From the NCBI GenBank assembly GCA_965261595.1, contig CBDHDG010000005.1, positions 416,001 through 480,000 on the forward strand: a stretch of DNA of 64,000 bases. Direction: 5' to 3'. Each line of letters begins with the position of its first letter. Position 1 is the stretch's first letter. The notes under the pieces were generated by a model. The model did not search any database. It was not told the DNA's origin and saw only the letters and a list, made by a program, of their open reading frames with translations. The position numbers were made by a program, and so were the translations under genes. Of this stretch, positions 49,123-59,240 are shown piece by piece. Source of the stretch: a bacterium. GTDB taxonomy: Bacteria > UBA8248 > JACPRG01 > G963555815.

Positions 49123-50541
49123 ATGGTGCAGGTAGATACGGTGATTCAAGGAGGTCAGGTGGTTCGGCGGGATGGGACCCGGGTTGAGGACATCGCCGTC
49201 CAGGACGGCAAGATTGTCGCCGTGGGCGACCCGGGGACGATGCCCGAGGCGAAGGAGGTCATCGACGCGGCCGGTCTCCACGTCATCCCCGGCGTGATCG
49301 ATCCTCACGTCCACCTTCAGCTCTTCAAGAACCCGTTCGAGATCAACGTCCTGACCGAGTCTCGCTCCTTCGCGGCCGGCGGCGTCACGACGGCCATCCC
49401 GATGCTTCTCAACCGGGAGGACGCGACCAAATCCTACCGGGAGTACACCCCCTGGGCCATCGACGTGGTCGAGAAGAACTCGATGATCGACATGGCCTTC
49501 AGCGCCGTTCTGGGGACGGAAGAGCAGATCGAGGACATCCCCTTCCTGGTTCGGGAGTACGGGATGTGCTCCTTCAAGTTCTACATGGCCTACACCGAGG
49601 ACGAGGCCAAGGTGTTCGGCATCATCGCCGTGGACGACGGGCTGCTTTACGAAGGGTTCAAGAAGGTGCGGGACATGATCGCCGAGGGCTATCCCTGCCT
49701 CGCCATGGTCCACGCGGAGAACATGGAGATCATCCACCGGGAAAAGAAGCGGCTCATCGACGAGGGACGGAACGACCTCAAGGCCTGGACGGACGCGCGC
49801 CCGGAGTTTTGCGAGGAGGAATGCCTGCGGCGGGCCTTTTTCTTTATCGAGGAGCTCGGCTCCCGGCTGTACGTCGTTCATCTGACCGTCGCGAAGGGGG
49901 TGGACCTGGTGCGCGAGATGCACCGCCGGGGCGTGGACATCATCGCCGAGACGTGTCCCCATTACCTCACGTACACCAAGCACGACCACGACAAGATCGG
50001 CTTCCTCGGCAAGGTCAACCCGCCGCTCCGCGACACGGTGGACCAGGAAAAGCTTTGGGAGGCCCTTCAGGACGGGACGCTCAACAACATCGGCGCGGAC
50101 CACTCCACCGTCGTCCCCCGGAAAGACAAGGTGGGCGACGGGATCTGGAACGCCATTCCCGGATTCCCGATGACCGGCTGCTCGCTCCCGGTGATGCTCC
50201 ATGTGGCGGTGCACACGGGCCGTCTGACGTTCGAGCGCCTCGTTGAGCTGACCTCGTACAACGTCGCCAAGGCCTACGGGCTGCTCCCGCAAAAAGGGGA
50301 CATCGCCCCCGGATTCGACGCGGACATTGTCCTTGTGGACCTGGAGAAGGTGCGGCACGTGACGCCGGAGATCTGGCACTCCGACGCCGATTGGAGCCTC
50401 TACGATGGTTGGGATCTCAAGGGATGGCCGGTCCGGACGATCGTCCGGGGCGTCACCGTGGCCCTGAACGGCGAGATCACCGGCACGCAGGAACACGGCC
50501 GATACATCCCCCGGAATATTCCGAAGAAGCCGGTGGCCTGA
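49123..50541 (+). CDS. cyclic amidohydrolase (dihydropyrimidinase/allantoinase/dihydroorotase family)
   Basis: PGVIDPHVH, SFKFYMAY, VHAEN, AETCPHYL, KVNPPLR, GADH. Confidence 0.9.
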   Translation: MVQVDTVIQGGQVVRRDGTRVEDIAVQDGKIVAVGDPGTMPEAKEVIDAAGLHVIPGVIDPHVHLQLFKNPFEINVLTESRSFAAGGVTTAIPMLLNREDATKSYREYTPWAIDVVEKNSMIDMAFSAVLGTEEQIEDIPFLVREYGMCSFKFYMAYTEDEAKVFGIIAVDDGLLYEGFKKVRDMIAEGYPCLAMVHAENMEIIHREKKRLIDEGRNDLKAWTDARPEFCEEECLRRAFFFIEELGSRLYVVHLTVAKGVDLVREMHRRGVDIIAETCPHYLTYTKHDHDKIGFLGKVNPPLRDTVDQEKLWEALQDGTLNNIGADHSTVVPRKDKVGDGIWNAIPGFPMTGCSLPVMLHVAVHTGRLTFERLVELTSYNVAKAYGLLPQKGDIAPGFDADIVLVDLEKVRHVTPEIWHSDADWSLYDGWDLKGWPVRTIVRGVTVALNGEITGTQEHGRYIPRNIPKKPVA

Positions 50542-50588
50542 GGAGGGATTTTGTCCGGGCGGGGGTGCGCCCGAGTCACGAGACCGGG

Positions 50589-51230
50589 TCACCCCCTTCC
50601 GACGATCTTCTCGAACGAGCCGCGCCAGCCGGGCGACAGGGCGGGGATGCGGAGGGCCTTCGCGGCCCCTTCGATGTTCTTCCCGTCGAAGTAGAGCAGG
50701 TGATGGACCGCCTGGACCGTCATGCGCTCGGGGCCGGTTTCGGTCCGCACGATTTCATCGCCCGCGCCGACCTCGCCTTCCTCCAAGACGCGAAGATAGA
50801 ATCCGACCCGCTCGCTTACCAGAAACTGTTTGTGGAATTCCGGCAACCCCATCCGCATACCGAGCTTGAAGCAGGGGACGCGGGGCTGAGTCACTTCGAC
50901 CCGTGCGCCGCCCACTTGGAAGACGTCTCCGATATGGACCGCGTCTTCCGGCATTCCCTCGACGGTGAAGTTTTCACCGAATTGGCCGAATGAAAAATCG
51001 TCGCGGCCGAGCTCGTCCTCCCAGTGGTCGTAATGTTCAATCGTGTAAACGTAGACCGCTTTGTGGATTCCGCCGTGCCCGCTCCGGTCGGCCTGGTCGT
51101 CGCCGTCCAGGTTCAGCGCCCGGAGCATCACGCGGCCCCGGACAGGCTCCTTGAAGATCCACGTGGTTATGATCTTGTCGTTATGCGGGACTTCCAACGC
51201 TGGTGACACATTCACCGAAAGGAGCCTCAT
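50589..51230 (-). CDS. MOSC domain protein (YiiM-like, with 3-alpha domain)
   Basis: GDDQAD...HGG..KAVY, FGENFT, VTQPRVPCFKL, GFYLRVL. Confidence 0.9.
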   Translation of the reverse strand: MRLLSVNVSPALEVPHNDKIITTWIFKEPVRGRVMLRALNLDGDDQADRSGHGGIHKAVYVYTIEHYDHWEDELGRDDFSFGQFGENFTVEGMPEDAVHIGDVFQVGGARVEVTQPRVPCFKLGMRMGLPEFHKQFLVSERVGFYLRVLEEGEVGAGDEIVRTETGPERMTVQAVHHLLYFDGKNIEGAAKALRIPALSPGWRGSFEKIVGRG

Positions 51231-51400
51231 TGTTTACCGCCCTCCTTCCCCCCCTCCGCGTTTTCTAATGCTCCCACAGTCATAGACCGAAGAAGAAGAC
51301 AGAGAAAAGGAAGTTTATCGATCTTCAAAACCCGCCGGTTTCTTTATAAGCGAAGAGCCGGCTGGAAAGCCAATCAGTTTTCTTCATGGAGGACATTCCG

Positions 51401-52061
51401 GTGAACGGTCGAAAAAGATGTGTTGTCCTGGCGGCGGCCCTCCTGTGTTGGGTTCTGGCCGCGGGATTCTTCACGCCGGGGGGGGCGCCGCCCTCGCCGC
51501 GGCGAATCCCAAGCAAGAGCTGAAGGCGTCCATCGATCGGGTGTTGGACGTATTGAGGGATCCGTCCCTGAAGGGCGATGAGCACCGCAAGGCCCGCAGG
51601 CGCAAGTTGTCCGAGATCATTCAGGCGCGTTTCGATTTCGCGGAAATGGGCAAGCGGTCCCTCGCGCGTCAATGGCGGAAAATGAGTCCCGCGGAAAAAA
51701 AGGAATTCATCGGGATTTTCGGCAACCTCCTGCAAGACTCTTATCTGACCAAGATCGAGGCGTTCGCGGACGAGAAGATTGTTTATCCGGCGGAGCGCAT
51801 GGAAGAGCGATACGCCGAGGTCAAGACCAGGATTGTTCAGAAGAGCGGGCGGGCATCGGCATTGATTACAAACTTCACCGGACTCCGGAAGGTTGGCGCG
51901 TCTACGACTTCGTCATCGAAGGCGTGAGCCTGGTGTCGAATTACCGCAAGCAATTCAAGCGACTGATTCGGAAGACCTCTTACAAGGAGCTGATTGCGCG
52001 TATGAAGGTCAAGTATGAAGAGGTCCGGGGCGGTTCCTACGAGAAGGAAAAAACGCTCTAG
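51401..52061 (+). CDS. mlaC: MlaC/Ttg2D-like phospholipid-binding protein with two apparent frameshifts (about 51480 G8 and about 51850)
   Basis: Signal peptide from GTG 51401; RFDFAEMGKRSL...W; C-terminal WRVYDFVIEGVSLVSNYRKQF; the pieces lie in three successive frames. Confidence 0.75.
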
Positions 52062-52579
52062 GCTGGATTTCTCACCAACGCATCGGGGCGGGTGCGGGAG
52101 TCAACCGACTCTCGCCCCGCCCCTGCATTTCGGGGCTTCTACCATCAAATTCGGTGTAGGGGCCGGGGCTCCGCACCCGCCCCCCTCAAGGACAGGGTGT
52201 TCCACTCCCCTCGGTTTTCATCTCTTGGCCAATCGGTTGATCTTCAAAGAATTTCTCGAAGGAAAACCGCTGAACCGTCCTTACTTGTGAGATATCCAGG
52301 CTAGGGTCGTGTCCCAGAAACATATTCAAAAAAGTTGTCCGCGCCCCCGTCTCATTGCAGGGTTGCGCCTTCAGAAGGACCTTCGGCGCGGAACCGGCTG
52401 AAGGACCCGGACCCCCTTGTCCCTCCGTCATCTCCCTTCCCTCTTCACGGTCTTCGATGGAACGCTGTGGGAAATTTCCGGCGTTCATTTCGCGCGCCGG
52501 CATGCATGGGGATGATTCCTTCAAACGAATTGCTGTATCGTCGAGAGATGAACCCGCCGAAGGATAAACACCAGAAACC

Positions 52580-53716
52580 ATGATCACCGTCCACATGGAT
52601 GTCGTCGGAAGCCTCCTCAGACCCCCGGAGCTGCTGGGGGCGCGGGAAGACGCGGCCGGGGGGAGGCTCTCGCGGGCCGGGCTCAAGGCAGCCGAGGACC
52701 GGGCGGTGGATGCGGCCGTTGTCCTTCAGGAGAAAGCCGGGCTGGCCGTCGTCACCGACGGGGAAATGCGGCGGCTCTCCTTCCAGTCTCAGATGACCGA
52801 GGCGGTGGAGGGGTTCGGGGAGTGCGGCATCGACGCCTTTCTCTGGGGGGACTGGCGCGGCGATGAAAGGGTCGGGGACAAGGAGATCCGGCGGCCGGCG
52901 TCGCTGGGCGTCGTGGGCAGGCTTCAGCGCAAGCGCCACCTCTCGGCCGAGGAGTTCACGGTCCTTCGCGCGATCACGAGGGGAAAGCCCCTCATTCCCA
53001 AAGTCACCCTTCCCAGCCCGAGTCTCTGGATGAACTTTTGGCCGACGGATCGCCGGGTGGACGCCTATCCGACCCTCGACTCCTTCCTGGCCGACGTCGT
53101 GGATATCCTGCGCGGCGAGGTCGCCGAGCTCGTCCGGTTGGGCGCGACGTACATCCAGATCGACGCGCCCCAATACACGGCCGCGCTGGACCCGAAAGGC
53201 CGGGCCTTTTACGAGTCCCGGGGTTGGAGTGGGGGGGAGAGGGGGGAGGAATGGCTGTCGCGGGGGATCGAGATGGACAACGCCGTCATGGACGGCTTCC
53301 CGGACGTCACCTTCGGCTTTCACCTCTGACGGGGGAACCAGGCCAGCCGGTGGCTGGCCGAGGGCGGCTACGGCCGCATCGCCCGGACCGTTTTCCGGGG
53401 CGTCCGCGCCCAGCGCCTCCTACTCGAATACGACGACGAGCGCTCCGGCGGTTTCGAGCCGCTCAAAGACGCGCCCGAGGACAAGACCGTCGTCCTGGGT
53501 CTTGTCACGACCAAATCGTCCCGCCCGGAGACGGTGGAAGGGCTCTCCGCCCGCGTCCGGGAGGCCGCCCGCTACGTTCCGCTCGAACGGCTGGCCCTGA
53601 GCCCCCAGTGCGGGTTCTCCACGTCCGTTGTCGGAAACCGGATCTCCGCGGAAGAGCAGAAGCGGAAGCTGGAGGTGGTCGCCGAAACGGCCGGGGTGGT
53701 TTGGGGGGCCGGATGA
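52580..53716 (+). CDS. cobalamin-independent methionine synthase II family protein, probable selenoprotein (378 aa; TGA 53327-53329)
   Basis: VGSLLRP, TDGEMRR, IQIDAP, HL-U-RGN (family HxCRGN), LLEYD, LGLVTTK, LSPQCGF; the frame stays open after the TGA. Confidence 0.85.
53341..53359 (+). promoter_or_regulatory. putative bacterial SECIS hairpin
   Basis: Perfect 8-bp stem GGCCAGCC-GGU-GGCUGGCC starting after an 11-nt spacer from the UGA. Confidence 0.75.
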
Positions 53717-53785
53717 ACACCCTCAAATGTTTCAAGGCCGGCCGCGTCCCGCACCCGGGAGACGGCCTGTTCGGTCCGGCCGGGT

Positions 53786-53980
53786 CTACGACTCTCCCCG
53801 GGAAGAGAGAAGGGCGGAGACGCCGAGGGTGATCGCCCCGAGAAACACGGTGTTTGCGAAGTCCAGGTAGGTCGCGGAAGCGACGGACATGAGGAACCCC
53901 GCGCCAAGCCTGGCGATAATTCACAGGATCACGGAAACGGCCCCAATCACGAAACCCGCACAGACCAGATTTTTCATCAT
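53786..53980 (-). pseudogene. small two-TM membrane protein with an internal TGA (53923-53921)
   Basis: RBS AGGAGAGGG; MMKNLVCAGFVIGAVSVIL*IIARLGAGFLMSVASATYLDFANTVFLGAITLGVSALLSSRGES. Confidence 0.5.
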
Positions 53981-54055
53981 CCCTCTCCTGTTTTGTCCAG
54001 CCCCTGGCCAAGGTCACATCTTTGAAGCGGCTTCTTCGAGCCCGCTCATTCTCGT

Positions 54056-54586
54056 CTATTGCCACCCCGGGTGCCACCCGAATTCCGTACGAATGCCCCT
54101 GATGTACGCGATCTGTCCCGTGTGCTGGGCGATCTCCGACGTCAGCAGGGTGAGCTGTCCGCCCATTGTTTTGAAACCGGCGACCTCGCGCTTCATCTCT
54201 CGGGCGAAATCCGCGTCCGAGCAGGTTTTGAAGAATCGCACCGTTTCCTCCCGAACGGCCGCTTTGTACCCCATGACGGTTTCCAGGTCCGGGATCGTGA
54301 ACGTCCCGGCTTCCTCGGGAGTAAAGCCGTATCCGGTGTATTCGGGGTCGGCCGGCTTGCCGAACCTTTCGTGCCAGCCGCCGGAAATCCAGGCCTGCTC
54401 CCGTTCGTCGAACTTGGAGATGACATAGTCCTCCTCGCGCGACATGTGCCAGAGCATGAACCTGATGGGGTTCACCTTGGGATCGGGCCGGTAGGCCAGG
54501 TCCTCCTCGGTGAGGCCGTTTACGGCGGTTTCCAGGGTGTGTTGGAGCCGGTCGAGGATCTCGATCAAAAATTCAGGGGCTTGCAT
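54056..54586 (-). CDS. DinB family protein
   Basis: GLTEEDL..RP...NPI.FMLWH..REED ... QHTGQIAYIRG. Confidence 0.85.
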   Translation of the reverse strand: MQAPEFLIEILDRLQHTLETAVNGLTEEDLAYRPDPKVNPIRFMLWHMSREEDYVISKFDEREQAWISGGWHERFGKPADPEYTGYGFTPEEAGTFTIPDLETVMGYKAAVREETVRFFKTCSDADFAREMKREVAGFKTMGGQLTLLTSEIAQHTGQIAYIRGIRTEFGWHPGWQ

Positions 54587-54749
54587 GTGTGTTGGACCTC
54601 CGAGGAAGGTTTCATCCGGGGCTGTCCTGGGCCGGTGACGCCGCGCCCGATTCGTGGGTCTCGGTTTCCCGGGTCGAGGGACGCCTCCTCCTCCCCCCCC
54701 CTTCTTCGCCCGCTTGGGGAGCTTTGAAATGGAAGCGTTCCGGCGTTGG

Positions 54750-56549
54750 CTAAGACGCGGCCGAGCGCCTCAAATCCTTGAGGACGAGCTGAAGGCTTTC
54801 CTGTCCGTTCCACCGGTTGACCTCCGGCTCGAACGCGGCGTCTACGAGCTCGCCGGGCCGGTTCAGGAAATCCAGTCTGTCGTCGCTCCCCATGCCGAAA
54901 CCGATGGCCTCCGCCGATTGGCCGGAGGCGGGGTCGTGAAGCTCGATCTTCAGGTGCCGCCCCTCCCGGCCCACCGCCCGGATTCCGCCGACGACCCGCA
55001 ACCCTTCCGCGGCGTAAACCGGACGGGCGTTCCCCGGACCGAAGGGCGCCATTCGCTCGAGGGCCCGCATGGTTTCGAGCGTCAGGTCCGATAGCTCGAC
55101 CCGGCCGTCCAGCTCCAGGGCCGGGACCCCGTCCTCCGGGGCCGTTCGCTCCCGAACGATCTGAGAGAACCGCTCGGCGAACGCCCCCAGGCGCTCGGTC
55201 CGAAGGGTCAGGCCGGCCGCGTGTTGGTGGCCGCCGAAGGTTTCCAGCAGATCGGCGCAATCGGCCAGGGCCTGTTGGAGGTGCAGCGCTCCGGCGGTGC
55301 GGCCCGAGCCCTTTCCGAACGCGCCGTCCAAGGCGATGAGGATGACGGGACAATGAAACTCCTCCGCCACCTTGGAGGCCACGATGCCCAGGACCCCCGG
55401 GTGCCAGCCCGTCCCCCACAGGACGATGGGCCCGTCCCCGTGCGAGCGGCCGGCCGGAACCCGGCGCCGGGCATTCTGATAGACCTCCTCCTGGATGTTC
55501 TGCCGTTCCGCGTTGATCCGGTCCAGCTTCGAGGCCGATTCGGTCGCCCGCGCGAGGTCGGTTTCCAGGAGAAGCTCCAGGGCGAGGTCCGCCTTTCCGA
55601 GCCGCCCGGCGGCGTTGATGCGCGGGGCGATCTGGAAAGCCACCTGGGCGTACCGGAGCGTTGCGTCCGGGCCGTCCGGTTCGGGCGCGGTCCCCGCCAT
55701 GCGGATTAGAGACCGCAGCCCCGGCCGCGTCGATCCGGCAAGCTCGCGGAGACCGTGGCGCAGGAGCACGCGGTTCTCGCCGCGCGTGTCCGCGACGTCG
55801 GCCACCGTCGCCAGGGCGACCAGGTCGAGGGTCCGGCGGAGGTTGGGCAGGGGCTCGGGGCGCCCCGCGTCCCGAAGCGCGCGGCGGAGCGCCGAGACGA
55901 ACTTGAACGCGATCCCCGTTCCGCAGAGCGACTTGTCTGGATACGCGCAGCCGGGCCGGTGCGGATTGACGACGGCGCAGGCGCGGGGCAGAGGGTCCGG
56001 CGGCTGGTGATGGTCGGTGATGATCACATCGAGGCCGACGCCCCGCGCGGCCTCCACCTCGTCGGGATTCGAGATCCCCGAGTCCACGGTGATGAGGAGG
56101 CCTTTTCCCTTCGCGCCGAGGCCGAGGATCGCCTCCGTATTCAGGCCGTATCCCTCCTTCAGCCGGTCCGGGATGTAGGACTCGACCTCCCGCCCCAGCT
56201 TCCGGAAGAAGTGGACCAGCAGGGCCGTTCCGCACAGACCGTCCACATCGTAATCCCCGTAGACGATGATGCGCTCGTTATCCGCCAAGGCCCGGCTTGC
56301 GCGGTCCACCGCCCGGTCCATGTCCATCAGAAGGAAGGGGTCATGGAGGGCCTCGATCGGCGCGTCCAGGAAACTTTGGGCGGTTTCGACCCGGGAGTAG
56401 CCGCGGCGCCACAGGATCTCCGCGACCAGGGGCGGGAGGTCCAGCGCCCGGGCGAGACGCGTTGCATCCTCCGGCGTCGGGGGGAGGGGCGGCGGCCGCC
56501 ATTCACGCTCTGCGCCTCCGGGTTCTTCGGCCCGAGCACCGGCGGTCAT
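54750..56549 (-). CDS. recJ: single-stranded DNA exonuclease RecJ
   Basis: YGDYDVDG, ITVDSG, TDHH, APRINAAGR, GSGR, GGHQHAAG, PFGPGN. Confidence 0.95.
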   Translation of the reverse strand: MTAGARAEEPGGAEREWRPPPLPPTPEDATRLARALDLPPLVAEILWRRGYSRVETAQSFLDAPIEALHDPFLLMDMDRAVDRASRALADNERIIVYGDYDVDGLCGTALLVHFFRKLGREVESYIPDRLKEGYGLNTEAILGLGAKGKGLLITVDSGISNPDEVEAARGVGLDVIITDHHQPPDPLPRACAVVNPHRPGCAYPDKSLCGTGIAFKFVSALRRALRDAGRPEPLPNLRRTLDLVALATVADVADTRGENRVLLRHGLRELAGSTRPGLRSLIRMAGTAPEPDGPDATLRYAQVAFQIAPRINAAGRLGKADLALELLLETDLARATESASKLDRINAERQNIQEEVYQNARRRVPAGRSHGDGPIVLWGTGWHPGVLGIVASKVAEEFHCPVILIALDGAFGKGSGRTAGALHLQQALADCADLLETFGGHQHAAGLTLRTERLGAFAERFSQIVRERTAPEDGVPALELDGRVELSDLTLETMRALERMAPFGPGNARPVYAAEGLRVVGGIRAVGREGRHLKIELHDPASGQSAEAIGFGMGSDDRLDFLNRPGELVDAAFEPEVNRWNGQESLQLVLKDLRRSAAS

Positions 56550-58126
56550 GGGGTTCTTCTGCGGGAGGGTCTCTTCCGGGGGACGGCGCGCCGGTCCGGG
56601 CGGACGAGGTCGAGGGTGATCCGGTCCTGAAGCCGTCTCATCCGCCAGTGCGAGCAGCGGCTTCTGTTCATCAGGATGGAGAAGGCGATGATGTCTCCGG
56701 CCAGACTGAAGGCGTACCCGGAGAGGGTGTCCACGCCGTTGAGTGTGCCCGTCTTGGCGCGGATCCTTCGCTCGGCCGGGGTGTCGTCCAGCCGATTCTT
56801 CACCGACCCGTCAACGCCCATGACCGCCAGGGAGGCCACGAACTCGGGACGGAAGCGGATGTCGTCGTACATGTCCGTCAACACGCGGACGAGCTGGGCC
56901 GGGCTGATCCGGTTTTCCCGCGACAGCCCCGCGCCGTCGTCCACGACGAACGACCCGGCGCCGTAGCCCAGCCGTTTCATGTACCGGTTGACGACGGCGA
57001 TCCCTTTCCGGCGCGTCCCCGGCACGCCCATGATTTCAGCGCCCAGGGTTTTGAGAACCTGTTCGGCGATGAAGTTGTTGCTCCACTTGTTGAGATCCCA
57101 AAGGATCATGGCCAGGGGCTTGGACATGTGGCTCGCCAGCTGGTGGGCCGCCGGAGGCGTTTTCCCCCGACGGACTTCTCCGCTGACCTTGATCCCCTCC
57201 CACTCCATGAATTCCCGGAAGGTGTGCCCCAGGTACAGGGTGGGTGTGGTGATGTTAATCCAGAAGCGGTGCGGGCGGCTTCCGACGGGGATGCGGCCTT
57301 CGAGGATGAGCAAGTCGCCGTCCGCGTGGGCGGCGCGCCGCAGCCGGATACTTGCCTTGCGGCGGCGGTGGACGGTGTTGGCGTTGTTGATGAGCTGGAC
57401 ATAGGACGAGGCGGGCTCGACCACCGCGCGCGGCGGTTTGCCGACGACCGCGTTGGGCTCCACGTAAACGCCGAGGGTGTTGAAATTCAACGACGCGGCG
57501 CCATGCGGGGCCTGGAAAGGACGGAGTCCCCGGCCGCCGTTCGTCCCCGGGACAAATCGCTCGTTGTCGAAGTACTTGTCGTCCACCACAATGTCTCCGC
57601 GGACCTCCCGCAGCCCTCGCCGCTTTAAGGTCCGCACCAACATCCAGAGCTCCTCGTTGACCAGGCTCGGGTCTCCGAATCCCTTGAGGTAGAGGCTCCC
57701 CGACAGTCTTCCGGCGGAAAACCGGCCGGTGGTGTACACGTTTGTCTTGAACTTGTAATCCGGCTTGAGGTAGTGAAATGCCGTCGCGGTTGTCAAAACC
57801 TTGACGTTGGAGGCCGGGATGAATTGTTCGTCTCCCCGGAGGTCGAAGAGCACCTCCCGGGACTTCAAGGAAAAAGCCCGGATTCCGACCCGGCTCTTTT
57901 GGATGCAGGCATCCCGAAGGTGCCGCGCCATCTTCCGTTTCACGTACGGGATTCCCCGGGGCGCGGGCGGGGTCCGGCGTACGGATTTCGACGCAGTCCG
58001 GATTTGGGCGAAGGCAGGGCCGGCCGCCTGCTTTGAAAGCACGGGAAGGAGAATGGCCGCCGCGACGCCGAGGGCGATGATCGCGCGCCCGCGCCTGTTC
58101 GCGTGTCCGGGGTCAGCAGGCTCCAT
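56546..58126 (-). CDS. dacB: D-Ala-D-Ala carboxypeptidase/endopeptidase (PBP4)
   Basis: PASNVK (SxxK), GDPSL, SNN, DGAGLSR.N, AKTGTL. Confidence 0.92.
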   Translation of the reverse strand: MEPADPGHANRRGRAIIALGVAAAILLPVLSKQAAGPAFAQIRTASKSVRRTPPAPRGIPYVKRKMARHLRDACIQKSRVGIRAFSLKSREVLFDLRGDEQFIPASNVKVLTTATAFHYLKPDYKFKTNVYTTGRFSAGRLSGSLYLKGFGDPSLVNEELWMLVRTLKRRGLREVRGDIVVDDKYFDNERFVPGTNGGRGLRPFQAPHGAASLNFNTLGVYVEPNAVVGKPPRAVVEPASSYVQLINNANTVHRRRKASIRLRRAAHADGDLLILEGRIPVGSRPHRFWINITTPTLYLGHTFREFMEWEGIKVSGEVRRGKTPPAAHQLASHMSKPLAMILWDLNKWSNNFIAEQVLKTLGAEIMGVPGTRRKGIAVVNRYMKRLGYGAGSFVVDDGAGLSRENRISPAQLVRVLTDMYDDIRFRPEFVASLAVMGVDGSVKNRLDDTPAERRIRAKTGTLNGVDTLSGYAFSLAGDIIAFSILMNRSRCSHWRMRRLQDRITLDLVRPDRRAVPRKRPSRRRTP

Positions 58127-58721
58127 CAGCAAAGCGCTCCCGGCGCCGGTTGTCTTGAAGCAGGGTGGTGATCACGAGTCCCATCACCCCCGCCACGAGA
58201 TTGAACCCCACGTCTCTGATATCGCCGAAACGGTTCGGCAGAAGATATTGAATGGCCTCGTCGAGGAGTCCCACGGCGGCGGCCAGACCGACCGTTGCCG
58301 TCCGCAAAGGCCAGAACCCCAAGCCTTGCCACGTTGTTCCGATGCAATGATACGCCAGGAAGCTGAGGAAGCCATATTGGAAAAAATGGACCTTTTCGAC
58401 CGGATTTTCGAGAAGCCAGAGGAAAAACACGAAAATCAAGGCGCTGACGCCGAGCACCAGCCCTCGGAGGGGAGACCAACCTTTTCGCAGGGTCAGGACC
58501 CTCATGACTTTGAGCAAAACCCATGCCCCGCCCAACCCCAGAACCGTTGAGAGGGCCGTCGTGGCCGGCGGGCCGATTCCATCTCGGATGGGGACCCAGA
58601 TCATGGGAATCAGCGGGAGTGTGACCAGGATCACGACCACGTAAAGGATGAGCGTGGACCATCGGGACCGAAGCGGCTTTTTCAGAGCGCGGGATATCAG
58701 GCAGGTTTCTCCATCCTCCAA
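58113..58721 (-). CDS. VanZ-like membrane protein (start uncertain)
   Basis: EKVHFFQYG.L ... GLLDEAIQYLLPNRFGDIRDV.FN. Confidence 0.75.
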   Translation of the reverse strand: MEDGETCLISRALKKPLRSRWSTLILYVVVILVTLPLIPMIWVPIRDGIGPPATTALSTVLGLGGAWVLLKVMRVLTLRKGWSPLRGLVLGVSALIFVFFLWLLENPVEKVHFFQYGFLSFLAYHCIGTTWQGLGFWPLRTATVGLAAAVGLLDEAIQYLLPNRFGDIRDVGFNLVAGVMGLVITTLLQDNRRRERFADGAC

Positions 58722-59240
58722 ATATCGGCCTCCCGGGGGAGACGGCGGACCGGATCCGACTCCCACCAAAGTTATGATAGGAGCGGAGCGGGAAAAGTTC
58801 AAGGAAAGGTTTGCGTGTGTCCTTCCCCCGCCGGGCCGCTGTAAAAGGCCTTCGGCGCCCGATTTCGACGCCGCTTCCGTGAATCCGGGGATGTTGAGCC
58901 CGCATTTCACATAAACAGGAGATGCCGGCCTGGTTTCATTCTGATTACCCGTTTTTGATCAGCCGGTTGCCGGAAGCGAACAGAACGGCAAGGCCGGAAC
59001 ACCGTGTCATCCACGCAAGCGCCACATTCAATCGCGCTACTTTGCCAAGGCTTAAAAAATTCTTGAAATACCCTGATTGAGGCACGGATCCTGAAGGGGG
59101 TAGTAGGCCGTGGGGGGAATTCGCCCGAAATCGGGGGCGCTGGACTGTCCGGCGGGTATATCCAAGGCCCTCCCGGGCATCGAGAGAAGGGCCGGACTCA
59201 AGGAGAGGGGAGGGATCCGCCGGGTCCCTCCAGGTTTGAT

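Noticed and set aside
52540..52580. Glycine- or SAM-riboswitch-like fragment before the MetE-like gene (GAGAGA...CGCCGAAGG)
   Set aside because: The 3' aptamer consensus is missing and there is no room for it before the ATG.
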